Positions 39,790 through 48,863 of a stretch of DNA of 64,000 nt are shown here, piece by piece. Positions within the stretch are counted from its first letter, which is position 1; every line of letters starts with the position of its first letter. The position numbers and the translations under genes are program-made. The stretch is from Chloroflexota bacterium. Its GTDB lineage: Bacteria > Chloroflexota > UBA11872. The notes below the pieces were generated by a model that worked only from the letters and a program-made list of their open reading frames with translations, searched no databases and was not told where the DNA came from. The stretch spans positions 4,835-68,834 of the forward strand of contig WTFW01000163.1 of NCBI GenBank assembly GCA_011523785.1, given 5' to 3'.

Positions 39790-40455
39790 GTGAGCCAGGT
39801 GTTGATCGCTCCCTCTATTCTCTCGGCCAACTTCGCCTCGCTTGGGAGCCAGGTCCGTGAGGCCGAAGCCGGTGGGGCCGACTGGATCCACGTGGACGTC
39901 ATGGACGGCCACTTCGTCCCGCAGATCAGCTTCGGGGAGCCTATCGTCCGCGCCCTGCGCCCGGTCACGAGACTGCCGCTCGATGTTCACCTGATGATCG
40001 AGCCGGTAGATCCGCACCTGGAGGCGTTCGCGGCGGCGGGCGCCGACTCGATCACAATTCACGTGGAGGCCACGCCGGATCCGGCCCGCACGCTTCAGGC
40101 CATCAGCGACCTGGGCGTTCGCCCTGGGCTCACCTTGCGGCCCGGCACCCCCGTCTGGGCGATATGGCCCTACCTGGATCTGGCGGAAGTCGTGCTGGTA
40201 ATGACCGTGGAGCCCGGACGCGGCGGCCAGGCCTTCATGCCGGACATGCTGCCGCGAATCGCACAGGTGGCCGAGCGGCTGGCTGCGCTCGACGGCGAAC
40301 GCTGGCTTCAGGTCGACGGCGGGTTAAACTCTGCAACCACTGGCGCGGCCGTGCGGGCCGGGGCGCAGGTCATCGTGGCCGGATCGGCCGTATTTGGCCG
40401 TGAGGGAGGCGTCGCGGCCGCGATTGACGGCCTGCGCGGGGCGGCCGCCGGCTAG
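39790..40455 (+). CDS. rpe: Ribulose-phosphate 3-epimerase.
   Basis: APSILSANF, HVDVMDGHFVPQISFG, VMTVEPGRGGQAF. Confidence 0.92.
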   Translation: MSQVLIAPSILSANFASLGSQVREAEAGGADWIHVDVMDGHFVPQISFGEPIVRALRPVTRLPLDVHLMIEPVDPHLEAFAAAGADSITIHVEATPDPARTLQAISDLGVRPGLTLRPGTPVWAIWPYLDLAEVVLVMTVEPGRGGQAFMPDMLPRIAQVAERLAALDGERWLQVDGGLNSATTGAAVRAGAQVIVAGSAVFGREGGVAAAIDGLRGAAAG

Positions 40456-40658
40456 CCCAGGCGGTCGACTGTGCGAATACAGCGCGTACAAATCTTCACG
40501 CGCTGGTAGCGGCCATCGATCATCAGCCGCTTACGCTGGACGTTCACGGACCACATCTTCTGTTTACGAGGAGCTTTCCGCTCCCAGCGACCGGACGCCG
40601 AGTGGCGAATGTGCCGGCCGAACTGGGGACCCGCATCGCAAACTTCACAACGTGCCAA
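40452..40658 (-). CDS. rpmB: 50S ribosomal protein L28.
   Basis: MARCEVCDAGPQFGRHIRHSASGRWERKAPRKQKMWSVNVQR...KICTRCIRT matches the L28 family pattern. Confidence 0.85.
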   Translation of the reverse strand: MARCEVCDAGPQFGRHIRHSASGRWERKAPRKQKMWSVNVQRKRLMIDGRYQRVKICTRCIRTVDRLG

Positions 40659-40744
40659 TGGCGTACCTACTCCGTTGACGCAATCCCGACCGCGTCTCTA
40701 AGATCAAGCTTCACCATGCTAGCACCGCGAGAGCGTGGCCCCGT

Positions 40745-42385
40745 ATGACGCTGGCAGACTCCCGGACCGAGGCCTCGGACGCGCGCGACGGCCGTCGCTT
40801 CATGCACGCGATCGAGTACAGCCTGCGCTGGCTCGAAATCAACGCCGAGGCGATCGACCGCCTCAACGTCTATCCCGTGCCCGACGGCGATACCGGCACC
40901 AACATGGTCCTTACGCTGCGCGCCGCCATCCGCGAGGCGACGGATAACCCCTCCACCAACGTGGACGCGGTGGCTGCGCACTTGGCGCGGGGCGCCTTGC
41001 TCGGTGCGCGGGGAAACTCCGGTGTCATCTTGTCCCAGATCATTCGCGGCCTTGCCGAGGGCCTCGACGGCCACCGCGAGTTCGGCATCGCCGAATTCAG
41101 CACCGCCCTCGAACGTGCCTACCAGGTTGGCTACAAGGCCGTCACCAATCCCGTCGAGGGCACCATCCTCACCGTGGCCCGCGACGCCGGCGAAGCCGCC
41201 CAGGCCGCGCAGACCCAGGTCGAGTCGGTGGAGGAACTCATCGCGCAGGTCGTGGATGCCACCCGCGAGTCCGTGGCCAACACGCCCAACCTGCTGGACG
41301 TCCTGGCTGAAGCTGGTGTGGTGGACGCCGGCGGCCAGGGCCTGCACGTCATCTACGAAGGTCTGCTGCGCTCACTCCGCGGCGAGCCGCTGCCCGAGTC
41401 GGCGGACCTCGACCGGGCGACCGATGTGTTCGCCGCCTTCGCGGAAACCCACCAGGCCGACGAGCACGGCTTCTGCACCGAATTCGTGGTGCACGGCACC
41501 GACCTGGACGCCAATGCGATGCGAACCGAGTTCGCCAAGATCGGCGAGTCGCTTCTGGTGGTGGGCGACAACAGCCTTGTGCGTGTGCATATTCACATCG
41601 AGAGGCCCGGCGACGTCTTTAACGCGGCCATGTCCTACGGCGAGATCGACCAGCTCAAGGCCGACAACATGGACCTGCAGCAGGCACGAAACTTCGAGGG
41701 AGCGCTGGCCGAGGCGACCGAGCCGCCACCGCCAGCCAACGGCGTGATCGCGGTGGCCAGCGGCGAGGGCCTGGAAGAGGTCTTCCGCAGCCTGGGCGTG
41801 GACGTCGTGCGCGGCGGCCAGAGCATGAATCCCAGCGCGGGCGAACTGCTGGAAGCCATCGACCGCACGCCCGATGACTGGGCGGTGGTGCTCCCCAACA
41901 ATTCCAACATCTATCTCACGGCCCGCCAGGCCGCCGAGCAGTCCGACAAGAACGTGCACGTCATCGCCACGCGCACGCTGCCCCAGGGCTTCTCCGCCGC
42001 CCTGGCGTTCAATCCCGCCGACGCCTCCGAAAGCAACGCCGAGGCCATGAGCGAGGCTGCTGGTGACGTCACCACGTTGGAAGTCACCAAGGCGGTGCGC
42101 GACGCCGTGCTGGACGGCAACCCCGTCGCCGAAGGCGAATTCATGGGCCTGCTGGACGACAAGTTCGTCGCACGCGGCGAGATGCCGCACCCGGTCATCA
42201 TGCAAATGCTGGAACAGGTCGCCGAAGACGAACCGGAAGCCCTCACGATCTACGTGGGCCAGGCCACGCCGGATTCGGCAGCCCGCGAACTCGCCGCGGA
42301 GATCAGCGAGCGGTACCCGGACATGGATGTACAGACGGTGGCGGGCGGCCAGGACCACTACGACTACATCATCGCGGCTGAGTAG
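40745..42385 (+). CDS. DAK2 domain fusion protein (YloV family).
   Basis: DGDTGTNM, RGNSGVILSQI, and the C-terminal domain. Conserved rpmB/yloV-recG neighbourhood. Confidence 0.85.
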   Translation: MTLADSRTEASDARDGRRFMHAIEYSLRWLEINAEAIDRLNVYPVPDGDTGTNMVLTLRAAIREATDNPSTNVDAVAAHLARGALLGARGNSGVILSQIIRGLAEGLDGHREFGIAEFSTALERAYQVGYKAVTNPVEGTILTVARDAGEAAQAAQTQVESVEELIAQVVDATRESVANTPNLLDVLAEAGVVDAGGQGLHVIYEGLLRSLRGEPLPESADLDRATDVFAAFAETHQADEHGFCTEFVVHGTDLDANAMRTEFAKIGESLLVVGDNSLVRVHIHIERPGDVFNAAMSYGEIDQLKADNMDLQQARNFEGALAEATEPPPPANGVIAVASGEGLEEVFRSLGVDVVRGGQSMNPSAGELLEAIDRTPDDWAVVLPNNSNIYLTARQAAEQSDKNVHVIATRTLPQGFSAALAFNPADASESNAEAMSEAAGDVTTLEVTKAVRDAVLDGNPVAEGEFMGLLDDKFVARGEMPHPVIMQMLEQVAEDEPEALTIYVGQATPDSAARELAAEISERYPDMDVQTVAGGQDHYDYIIAAE

Positions 42386-42400
42386 CGGCCAGCGGCGCTG

Positions 42401-44704
42401 ATGTCGGCCGACCCGGAGGCGGCGCTGGCGCGGGAAGCGCGGCGGCTGCTGGAGGCCGAGGCGTCGGCTGGATTCGACGACTCCTCGACTCCCGGCGGGA
42501 TCTCGCGCTGGGTTGCCAGCGAGGGCCGGAATACGAGGGCCCTGACGCGCCTGTCACAGTACTCACGGCTGCGGCCACGCACCCGCGAGGACCTGGCGCG
42601 TGCCGTCCTCGCCGATCTGGGAACGGCCGCTCCGGCTCCCTCCCGCGGACGCGATGCTGATGCCTCCGTGACCGCACTGCCGGGGGTGGGCGCCGCCGCT
42701 GAGAAGCGGCTGGCTGCGCTTGGTATTCAGACGGTCAGCGATCTGCTCCATCACCGGCCGCGTCGCTACATCGATCACTCGTCCGTCGTTGCGATCGCCG
42801 AAGCGGAACCGGGACGCGAAGTCACGGTAATCGGCGAAGTCGTCGAAATCCGCGCCAGACCGGCTCGCTCAGGCCGCGTGCGCGTGGTCGAGGCGGCCAT
42901 CGCGGACGAAACGGGACAGATCCTCGCGGTCTGGTTCAACCAGGTCTACCTGGTCAAGACCTTGCGCGGTCGGCGCAACGTAGCGTTCGCTGGCCGCGTG
43001 GAATCGGCGGCCTACGACCGCCAGCTCACCAGCCCTGAGTATGAGCTGGATGTACACCGCATGGTGCATGCCGGACGGCTGGTGCCGGTTTACCCGCTTA
43101 CGCGCGGGCTCTCGCAGCGGCAGTTGCGCCGCTGGATGTCGCTGGCGGTTGACGACTACGCCGCGTCCGTCCCGGAAACGCTCGGTGCGCAGCAGCGCCG
43201 GACGCACGGGTTGCCGGACGTCGCGACGGCCATCCGCAATCTTCACTTTCCGGTTGATTCGGCCGCCAGAGATGCCGCCGCGCGGCGCTTTGCATTCGCC
43301 GAATTGCTGGTCTACCAACTGGCGATCCTGCGCCGCCGCCAGACCTGGCGTGAAAGCCAGCCCGGACGGCCCGTGCAAATCCACCGCGACGCACTGGCGG
43401 CCTTCGGCGGGCAGTTGCCATTCAAGCTGACCGACGGACAGCGCGTGGCCGTCGCCGAGGTGCTGACCGACCTGCGGCGCGAGCGTCCAATGAGCCGGCT
43501 ACTCCAGGGCGACGTCGGCTCCGGCAAGACCGTGGTGGCCGCGGGGGCATTGCATGCCATCGTCGGCGACGGCTGGCAGGGCGCCATCATGGCGCCAACT
43601 GAAGTCCTGGCCGAACAGCACACCGCAACCCTGCGCGAGCTGCTGGCGCCGCTGGGCGTCCGCGTGGAACTCGTCACCGGCAGCGTTCCGGCCGCCGACA
43701 AGCGCCGCATCTGGCGCGATGTGGAACGCGGCGGCGTGAACGTGGTCGTCGGGACGCAGGCCATCATCCAGCGCAGCGCCCGTTTCGATCGTCTGAACCT
43801 GGCGGTCGTGGATGAGCAGCACCGGTTTGGCGTGCAGCAGCGCGGCGAGATTCGCGCCAAGGGTTACAACCCGCATTTGCTGGCCATGTCCGCCACGCCC
43901 ATTCCGCGCACGCTGGCCCTCACCGTCTACGGCGATCTGGACATCAGTGTTCTGCGCGAGTTGCCGCAAGGGCGGCGCCCGGTGGAGACGTCATTCGTCC
44001 CCAACCACCGCCGCGGCGACGCCTATACCTTCATTCGGCGTGAGGTCGCGGCGGGCCGGCAGGCCTTCATTGTCTTTCCGATCATCGACGAGTCGGAGAG
44101 CCTTAACGCCCGCGCCGCGACCGAGGAGCACAAACGGCTCACGCGCGGCGCGTTTGCCGACTTGGCGGAGGAGGTCGGGCTCTTGCACGGCCGCCTGAGC
44201 GGCGCGGCCAAGGATCGGGTCATGCGAGCCTTCCGCGACGGCCAAATCAAGATCCTGGTCAGCACGTCCGTGATCGAGGTTGGGATCGACGTCCCGAACG
44301 CCACCGTGATGCTGATCGAAGGGGCGGAGCGATTTGGATTGGCGCAGCTGCATCAGCTCCGCGGGCGTGTGGGTCGCGGGGATCACCCGTCGCACTGCCT
44401 GCTGATGAGCGAGACGACCGACCCACGGGAAAACGCGCGGCTGCGAACGCTCCAAACGGTGCGCGATGGCTTTACGCTCGCTGAAAGGGATCTCGAACTC
44501 CGGGGTCCCGGGGATGTGCTGGGAACCAGGCAGAGCGGGGCGCTGGGATTCCGCTTCGCGTCGGTGACCGACCTTCCCACGATTCAGTCGGCGCGCATCG
44601 ACGCCGAACAGTTGATGAGTGCGGACCCCGGGCTGAACCGGCCCGAGCACGCCGGATTGGCCGCCGCCGTGGAGCGGCTGCTCCAGCGCAACGAGTGGAA
44701 CTGA
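42401..44704 (+). CDS. recG: ATP-dependent DNA helicase RecG. The first ~90 aa are low-complexity, so the true start is possibly later.
   Basis: Wedge/OB domain, Walker A LQGDVGSGKT, DEQHRFGV, TPIPRT, and the C-terminal TRG motif region. Confidence 0.9.
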   Translation: MSADPEAALAREARRLLEAEASAGFDDSSTPGGISRWVASEGRNTRALTRLSQYSRLRPRTREDLARAVLADLGTAAPAPSRGRDADASVTALPGVGAAAEKRLAALGIQTVSDLLHHRPRRYIDHSSVVAIAEAEPGREVTVIGEVVEIRARPARSGRVRVVEAAIADETGQILAVWFNQVYLVKTLRGRRNVAFAGRVESAAYDRQLTSPEYELDVHRMVHAGRLVPVYPLTRGLSQRQLRRWMSLAVDDYAASVPETLGAQQRRTHGLPDVATAIRNLHFPVDSAARDAAARRFAFAELLVYQLAILRRRQTWRESQPGRPVQIHRDALAAFGGQLPFKLTDGQRVAVAEVLTDLRRERPMSRLLQGDVGSGKTVVAAGALHAIVGDGWQGAIMAPTEVLAEQHTATLRELLAPLGVRVELVTGSVPAADKRRIWRDVERGGVNVVVGTQAIIQRSARFDRLNLAVVDEQHRFGVQQRGEIRAKGYNPHLLAMSATPIPRTLALTVYGDLDISVLRELPQGRRPVETSFVPNHRRGDAYTFIRREVAAGRQAFIVFPIIDESESLNARAATEEHKRLTRGAFADLAEEVGLLHGRLSGAAKDRVMRAFRDGQIKILVSTSVIEVGIDVPNATVMLIEGAERFGLAQLHQLRGRVGRGDHPSHCLLMSETTDPRENARLRTLQTVRDGFTLAERDLELRGPGDVLGTRQSGALGFRFASVTDLPTIQSARIDAEQLMSADPGLNRPEHAGLAAAVERLLQRNEWN

Positions 44705-44711
44705 GGACGGC

Positions 44712-45308
44712 GTGGCGGCGCGCGGCCGTGGTCTGACGATCACAGCCGGCATCCATCGCGGTCGGCGGCTGCACGTCCCGCCTGGCGTTCGCCCCACGAC
44801 GGACCGCGTCAGAGCGGCCACATTTGACGCCTTGCAGGGCCCGCCGCCCGAGCGTGTGCTGGATCTCTACGCCGGCTCCGGCGCGTTCGGCATCGAGGCG
44901 TTGAGCCGGGGCGCGGGCTACGCGTGCTTTATCGAGCGCAGCCGCCGCGCCGCTACTGTCATCATGCAGAACCTGGACCTCCTGGATCTCAGCGCACAGG
45001 GCGAAGTCGTGGTCGCAGACGCGCGGCGGGTCACCCTGGCCCGTGGAGCGCCGTTCGGGCTGGTCTTCGCTGATCCGCCGTACGCAAACGATCCGTGGGC
45101 GGAGCTGTTCGACGCCCTGGAGACGCCCGGCGTGCTGACAGATGAGGCCGTGGTCGTGACTGAGACCAGCAGCCGGATCGGCGCCCCGCTCGCTCCCTTC
45201 GGCTGGCGACGCATGAAGGAGCGTCGTCATGGTGACACGACGTTCGCGGTCTTTGTCCGAGAGGCGCCGCTGGACAGGAATCTTCGGTTCGAGGCGCCGT
45301 CGCTATAA
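44712..45308 (+). CDS. rsmD: 16S rRNA (guanine966-N2)-methyltransferase RsmD.
   Basis: LDLYAGSGAFGIEALSRGA and DPPY (FADPPY). Confidence 0.88.
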   Translation: MAARGRGLTITAGIHRGRRLHVPPGVRPTTDRVRAATFDALQGPPPERVLDLYAGSGAFGIEALSRGAGYACFIERSRRAATVIMQNLDLLDLSAQGEVVVADARRVTLARGAPFGLVFADPPYANDPWAELFDALETPGVLTDEAVVVTETSSRIGAPLAPFGWRRMKERRHGDTTFAVFVREAPLDRNLRFEAPSL

Positions 45309-45336
45309 TGCGCGGGGTGTCTTGGAAGGGCAGGCC

Positions 45337-45828
45337 GTGCGCGCGCTGTTTCCCGCGACCTTCGACCCGGTTACCAACGGTCACATGGACATCCTGTGCC
45401 GGACGGCTAGTGTCTGCGACAGCGTGGTGGTTGGCGTATTCGAGAACGAACGCGGCGACACGCTGTTCACGGCGGACGAGCGTTTGGCGCTGCTTGAAAC
45501 GGCCGTGGCTCACCTGCCGAACGTCGAGGCGCGCATCTACTCGGGGTTGACCGTAGACTTTGCGCGGCAGATTGAGGCTAGCGTGCTGGTTCGAGGCCTG
45601 CGGGCCGTGTCAGACTTCGAGTATGAGTTCGCGCTCTCGGCCATGAATCGCCGCTTGCACCCGGATATCGACACGATGTTCTTTCTCTCCGCGCCCGAGC
45701 ACGCGTTCGTCAGTTCATCGCTGATTCGTGAAATCGGGGCACTGGGCCGTTCGGTCGAGCCGTTCGTCCCGCCAAACGTCGCGGCCGCGGTCGGCGCCAA
45801 GTTCGCCGTACACCCTGAGCGGAGGTAG
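45337..45828 (+). CDS. coaD: Phosphopantetheine adenylyltransferase (GTG start at 45337).
   Basis: FPATFDPVTNGHMDI (T/HxGH motif), SSSLIRE. Confidence 0.9.
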   Translation: MRALFPATFDPVTNGHMDILCRTASVCDSVVVGVFENERGDTLFTADERLALLETAVAHLPNVEARIYSGLTVDFARQIEASVLVRGLRAVSDFEYEFALSAMNRRLHPDIDTMFFLSAPEHAFVSSSLIREIGALGRSVEPFVPPNVAAAVGAKFAVHPERR

Positions 45829-45951
45829 TTCGCCATCGATCTCATAAACCTGATTGAGCGACTTGAGACGCTGCTGCGTCATGCCCAGCGCGTTCCGCTG
45901 ACGCACAAGATCCTCGTTGACGAACGCGCCCTGCTGACCATCGTCGATGAG

Positions 45952-46314
45952 ATGCGCATTCGTATTCCCGAGGAAATCCGCGAGGCGCGTCGGGTCATGC
46001 GCCAGCGCGACCAGATTCCACAGTCGGCCCAGATGGAGGCCGAGCGCATCGTTCAGCAGGCGCAGGAGCAGGCCGAACAGATGATTCGCGATGAAGAAAT
46101 CGTCAAACAGGCCGAGGCGCATGCGCTGCAGCTCGTCGAGGAAGCGGAAGAGCGTACGGACGCCTCCCGCGAGGAAATGGACCTCTACGCGCTGAGCATG
46201 CTCCGCGACCTGGAGAGCCGGTTGGAATCCCATCTCACCAGCATCCGCCGCGGGGTTGCCGCGCTTGACCAGAGCGACGCCGAACCCGTCGAGTTCGACG
46301 AAGAGCCTGCCTGA
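45952..46314 (+). CDS. Hypothetical coiled-coil protein. The ORF is open from the coaD stop at 45829 with no canonical start before ATG 45952; a CTG at 45850 is possible.
   Basis: EQAEQMIRDEEIVKQAEAHALQLVEEAEERTDASREEMDLYALSMLRDLESRLE shows charged heptad-like character. Coding-like sequence (LIERLETLLRHAQRVPLTHKILVDERALLTIVDE) runs directly from the coaD stop. Confidence 0.5.
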   Translation: MRIRIPEEIREARRVMRQRDQIPQSAQMEAERIVQQAQEQAEQMIRDEEIVKQAEAHALQLVEEAEERTDASREEMDLYALSMLRDLESRLESHLTSIRRGVAALDQSDAEPVEFDEEPA

Positions 46315-46355
46315 GCCGAGTTGAACCGCTCGCGGGCCTGACCTGAAGGTGGCCT

Positions 46356-46877
46356 GTGGCCGATTACATCTTCAACGTCGCGCGCTTGCTCGCGCAGACG
46401 TCCGGGCCGAGCCGCATGGTCGACGTGGACGCACCGGCACGTGCGGTGGACGTTCCGGAACTCAGCGGGTCCATACGGGGCACGGCGCACTTGACGCGGC
46501 TGTCCGACGCCGTCCTCGTCACCGGACAGATGCGAGCCCGGGCGTTGGTGCCTTGCGCCCGCTGCACGGACGACGTGGAGATAGAGCTTGCGTTCGAGTT
46601 GGACGACCAATTTGTGCCGCGTATCGATCCGGTACGCGGCGGTTTGGTCGATCCCGGTGACCGCTGGCAGCTTGATCCTGGACACAACCTCGATCTGTCG
46701 CAGGTACTTGCCGAAGGCGCGATCAGCGCGCTGCCTCCGCGTGTTCTCTGCGCCGGACCATGCGAGGCGCCGTGGGACGGTCCGGCTGCGAGCCCGCCCG
46801 CGGTGGATCCGCGGCTGGCGCCGCTGGAACGCATGCGCCGCCAAATGCTCCACAAAGACGACGAATCTCATGGATAA
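46356..46877 (+). CDS. YceD/DUF177 family protein (large ribosomal subunit accumulation protein).
   Basis: Paired Cys motifs (CARCTDDV...CAGPCEAPWDG) and the conserved position immediately upstream of rpmF. Confidence 0.8.
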   Translation: MADYIFNVARLLAQTSGPSRMVDVDAPARAVDVPELSGSIRGTAHLTRLSDAVLVTGQMRARALVPCARCTDDVEIELAFELDDQFVPRIDPVRGGLVDPGDRWQLDPGHNLDLSQVLAEGAISALPPRVLCAGPCEAPWDGPAASPPAVDPRLAPLERMRRQMLHKDDESHG

Positions 46878-46886
46878 TGGCGGGTT

Positions 46887-47087
46887 ATGACTCCTCTGCC
46901 CAAACGTCGGCTCACCCGTTCGCGCTCACGTGCCCGACGCCATTCGGCCCGCGCGCGCCGACCGAACCTCGGGCGCTGTCCGACCTGCCATCGCCTGGTG
47001 GTCAGTCATCAGGTATGCCCCTTGTGCGGGAACTACCGCGGCAACCTGGTCATCGAGCCTTCCGAACAAGCCGTCAAATACCGCTAG
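46887..47087 (+). CDS. rpmF: 50S ribosomal protein L32.
   Basis: PKRRLTRSRSRARR...CPTCHRLVVSHQVCPLCGNYRG zinc ribbon. Confidence 0.88.
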   Translation: MTPLPKRRLTRSRSRARRHSARARRPNLGRCPTCHRLVVSHQVCPLCGNYRGNLVIEPSEQAVKYR

Positions 47088-47111
47088 CCGGGGAATCCGG
47101 AACCACGCACC

Positions 47112-48110
47112 ATGGCGCCTGAACGGGCCCGGGCCGCTTTTGTGTTTCCGGGCCAGGGTTCCCAGGCGCCGGGGATGGGTCGCAGCCTCCGTGCGTCATC
47201 GGCTGCCGCGCGCGCGGTCTGGCAGGCGGCGGATGCCGGCTATGGCGCATCCCTCAGCAACCTGACCGGGGCTGGCAGCCAGGACGACCTCCAACCCACG
47301 GACGTTCAGCAGCCGGCCATTGTCGCTGCGTCCGTCGCCGCCTTCGCGGCCTTCAACGAAGTGCTCGGCGTCTGCGGGGCCGCGGTCACAGCCTCGGGCT
47401 ATCCCGTGAACGTGGCCGCCCTTGCCGGCCACAGCGTTGGCCTGGTGTCCGCCGTCGTGGCCGCCGGCTGCACGCCGGTTGGCGAGGCGGTCGCCCTGGT
47501 GCGAGACCGCGGTCGTCTTATGGCGGCCGCGGCCTTCGAGAAACCGGGGCGCATGGCTGCCGTCCTGGGTTTGGATGAGCCTGCGGTCGAGGACTTGACG
47601 GCGGCGATTCGGTCCCGGACTCCTGGGAGCTATCTCACGGTCGCCAACATCAACGCACCTGGCCAGATCGTGGTCGCGGGTGATCTCGCCGCTATTGATC
47701 GCATCGTCAACGAAGGCCGCAAAGCCGGCGCCCGCCGCGTGATTCCGCTCAACGTCAGCGGCGCATTCCACTCCGTGGCCATGCTGCCGGCCCAGGCCGC
47801 CATGCGCGAACGCCTGTTCGCTGTCGGAATCGACCCCCCGGCGGCTCCCGTGATCAGTAACATCGACGCCGGACAGCTTGTTGACCCGCCGGTTCTGCGG
47901 GCCGAGTTGGCGAATCACATCGCGGCTCCCGTCCGCTGGCTGGATGGCATCCGGGCAATCGAGGCGTTAGACGTGCAGCACATTGTGGAGTTTGGACACG
48001 GTTCGGTCCTTACCGGCATGCTGCGGCGCACGGTGAAAGGCATCGAGTTGCATAACGTGAGCGATCTGGCCTCGGCCCGCGCGACCGCCGCCGCACTGAT
48101 CAATGAGTAG
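47112..48110 (+). CDS. fabD: Malonyl CoA-ACP transacylase.
   Basis: FVFPGQGSQAPGMG, GHSVGL active-site serine, GAFHS. Confidence 0.92.
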   Translation: MAPERARAAFVFPGQGSQAPGMGRSLRASSAAARAVWQAADAGYGASLSNLTGAGSQDDLQPTDVQQPAIVAASVAAFAAFNEVLGVCGAAVTASGYPVNVAALAGHSVGLVSAVVAAGCTPVGEAVALVRDRGRLMAAAAFEKPGRMAAVLGLDEPAVEDLTAAIRSRTPGSYLTVANINAPGQIVVAGDLAAIDRIVNEGRKAGARRVIPLNVSGAFHSVAMLPAQAAMRERLFAVGIDPPAAPVISNIDAGQLVDPPVLRAELANHIAAPVRWLDGIRAIEALDVQHIVEFGHGSVLTGMLRRTVKGIELHNVSDLASARATAAALINE

Positions 48111-48861
48111 CGTCAGGCGCCTGACCGGGGCGCGCACGCTCGTCACTGGCGCCTCAGGTGCGCTTGGTCGTGCGTTTGCGCGTCGTCTGGCTGCCGACGG
48201 CGCCGACCTGGTTCTGCACTACAACTCCAACGCCAAGCAAGCCGACGAGTTGGCCTCCGAGATTCGCGGCAGTGGCGGCAGCGCGGTCGTTATGGCCGCC
48301 GACTTGTCCACGGTCGAGGGCGCGGAGCTGATTGTGGACCAGGCCCAGGAGGCGCTCGGCGGCCTGGACGTTCTGGTCAACAACGCCGGCACCACCCGGG
48401 ACAACCTGCTCATGCGTATGTCCGACGAGCAGTGGGATACGGTCATGAATACGAACCTGCGCTCCGCCTTCGTCTGTTCACGCCGCGCGGTCAGAGCGAT
48501 GATTCGCCAGCGCAGCGGACGCATCATCAACATCGCCTCCGTCGTCGGGATCAAGGGCAACGCCGGCCAGGCAAACTATGCTGCGGCCAAGGCTGGCTTG
48601 ATCGGCTTTACCCGGGCGTTGGCCCAGGAAGTCGGCAGCCGCAACATTACGGTGAACGCCGTGGCGCCCGGTTTCGTCATCTCACCGCTGACTGACGTCA
48701 TCCCCGACCAACTGCGCGACAGAGCGTTGAATTCGATTCCGCTGGGCCGCTTTGCCGACCCGGACGACATTGCCGGAGCCGTGGCATTTCTCGCGTCTGA
48801 CGACGGCGCCTACGTCACCGGGCACGTGCTGACGGTTGACGGCGGCCTCGCCATGAGCTGA
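48103..48861 (+). CDS. fabG: 3-oxoacyl-ACP reductase.
   Basis: TGASGALG, NNAG, YAAAKAG catalytic YxxxK, PGFVISPL. Confidence 0.9.
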   Translation: MSSVRRLTGARTLVTGASGALGRAFARRLAADGADLVLHYNSNAKQADELASEIRGSGGSAVVMAADLSTVEGAELIVDQAQEALGGLDVLVNNAGTTRDNLLMRMSDEQWDTVMNTNLRSAFVCSRRAVRAMIRQRSGRIINIASVVGIKGNAGQANYAAAKAGLIGFTRALAQEVGSRNITVNAVAPGFVISPLTDVIPDQLRDRALNSIPLGRFADPDDIAGAVAFLASDDGAYVTGHVLTVDGGLAMS

Positions 48862-48863
48862 GC

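Noticed and set aside
42401-42680. The N-terminal ~90 aa of recG as a separate small gene
   Set aside because: It is in frame and continuous with RecG, and is low complexity. It is more likely an N-terminal extension or an over-called start than an independent ORF.
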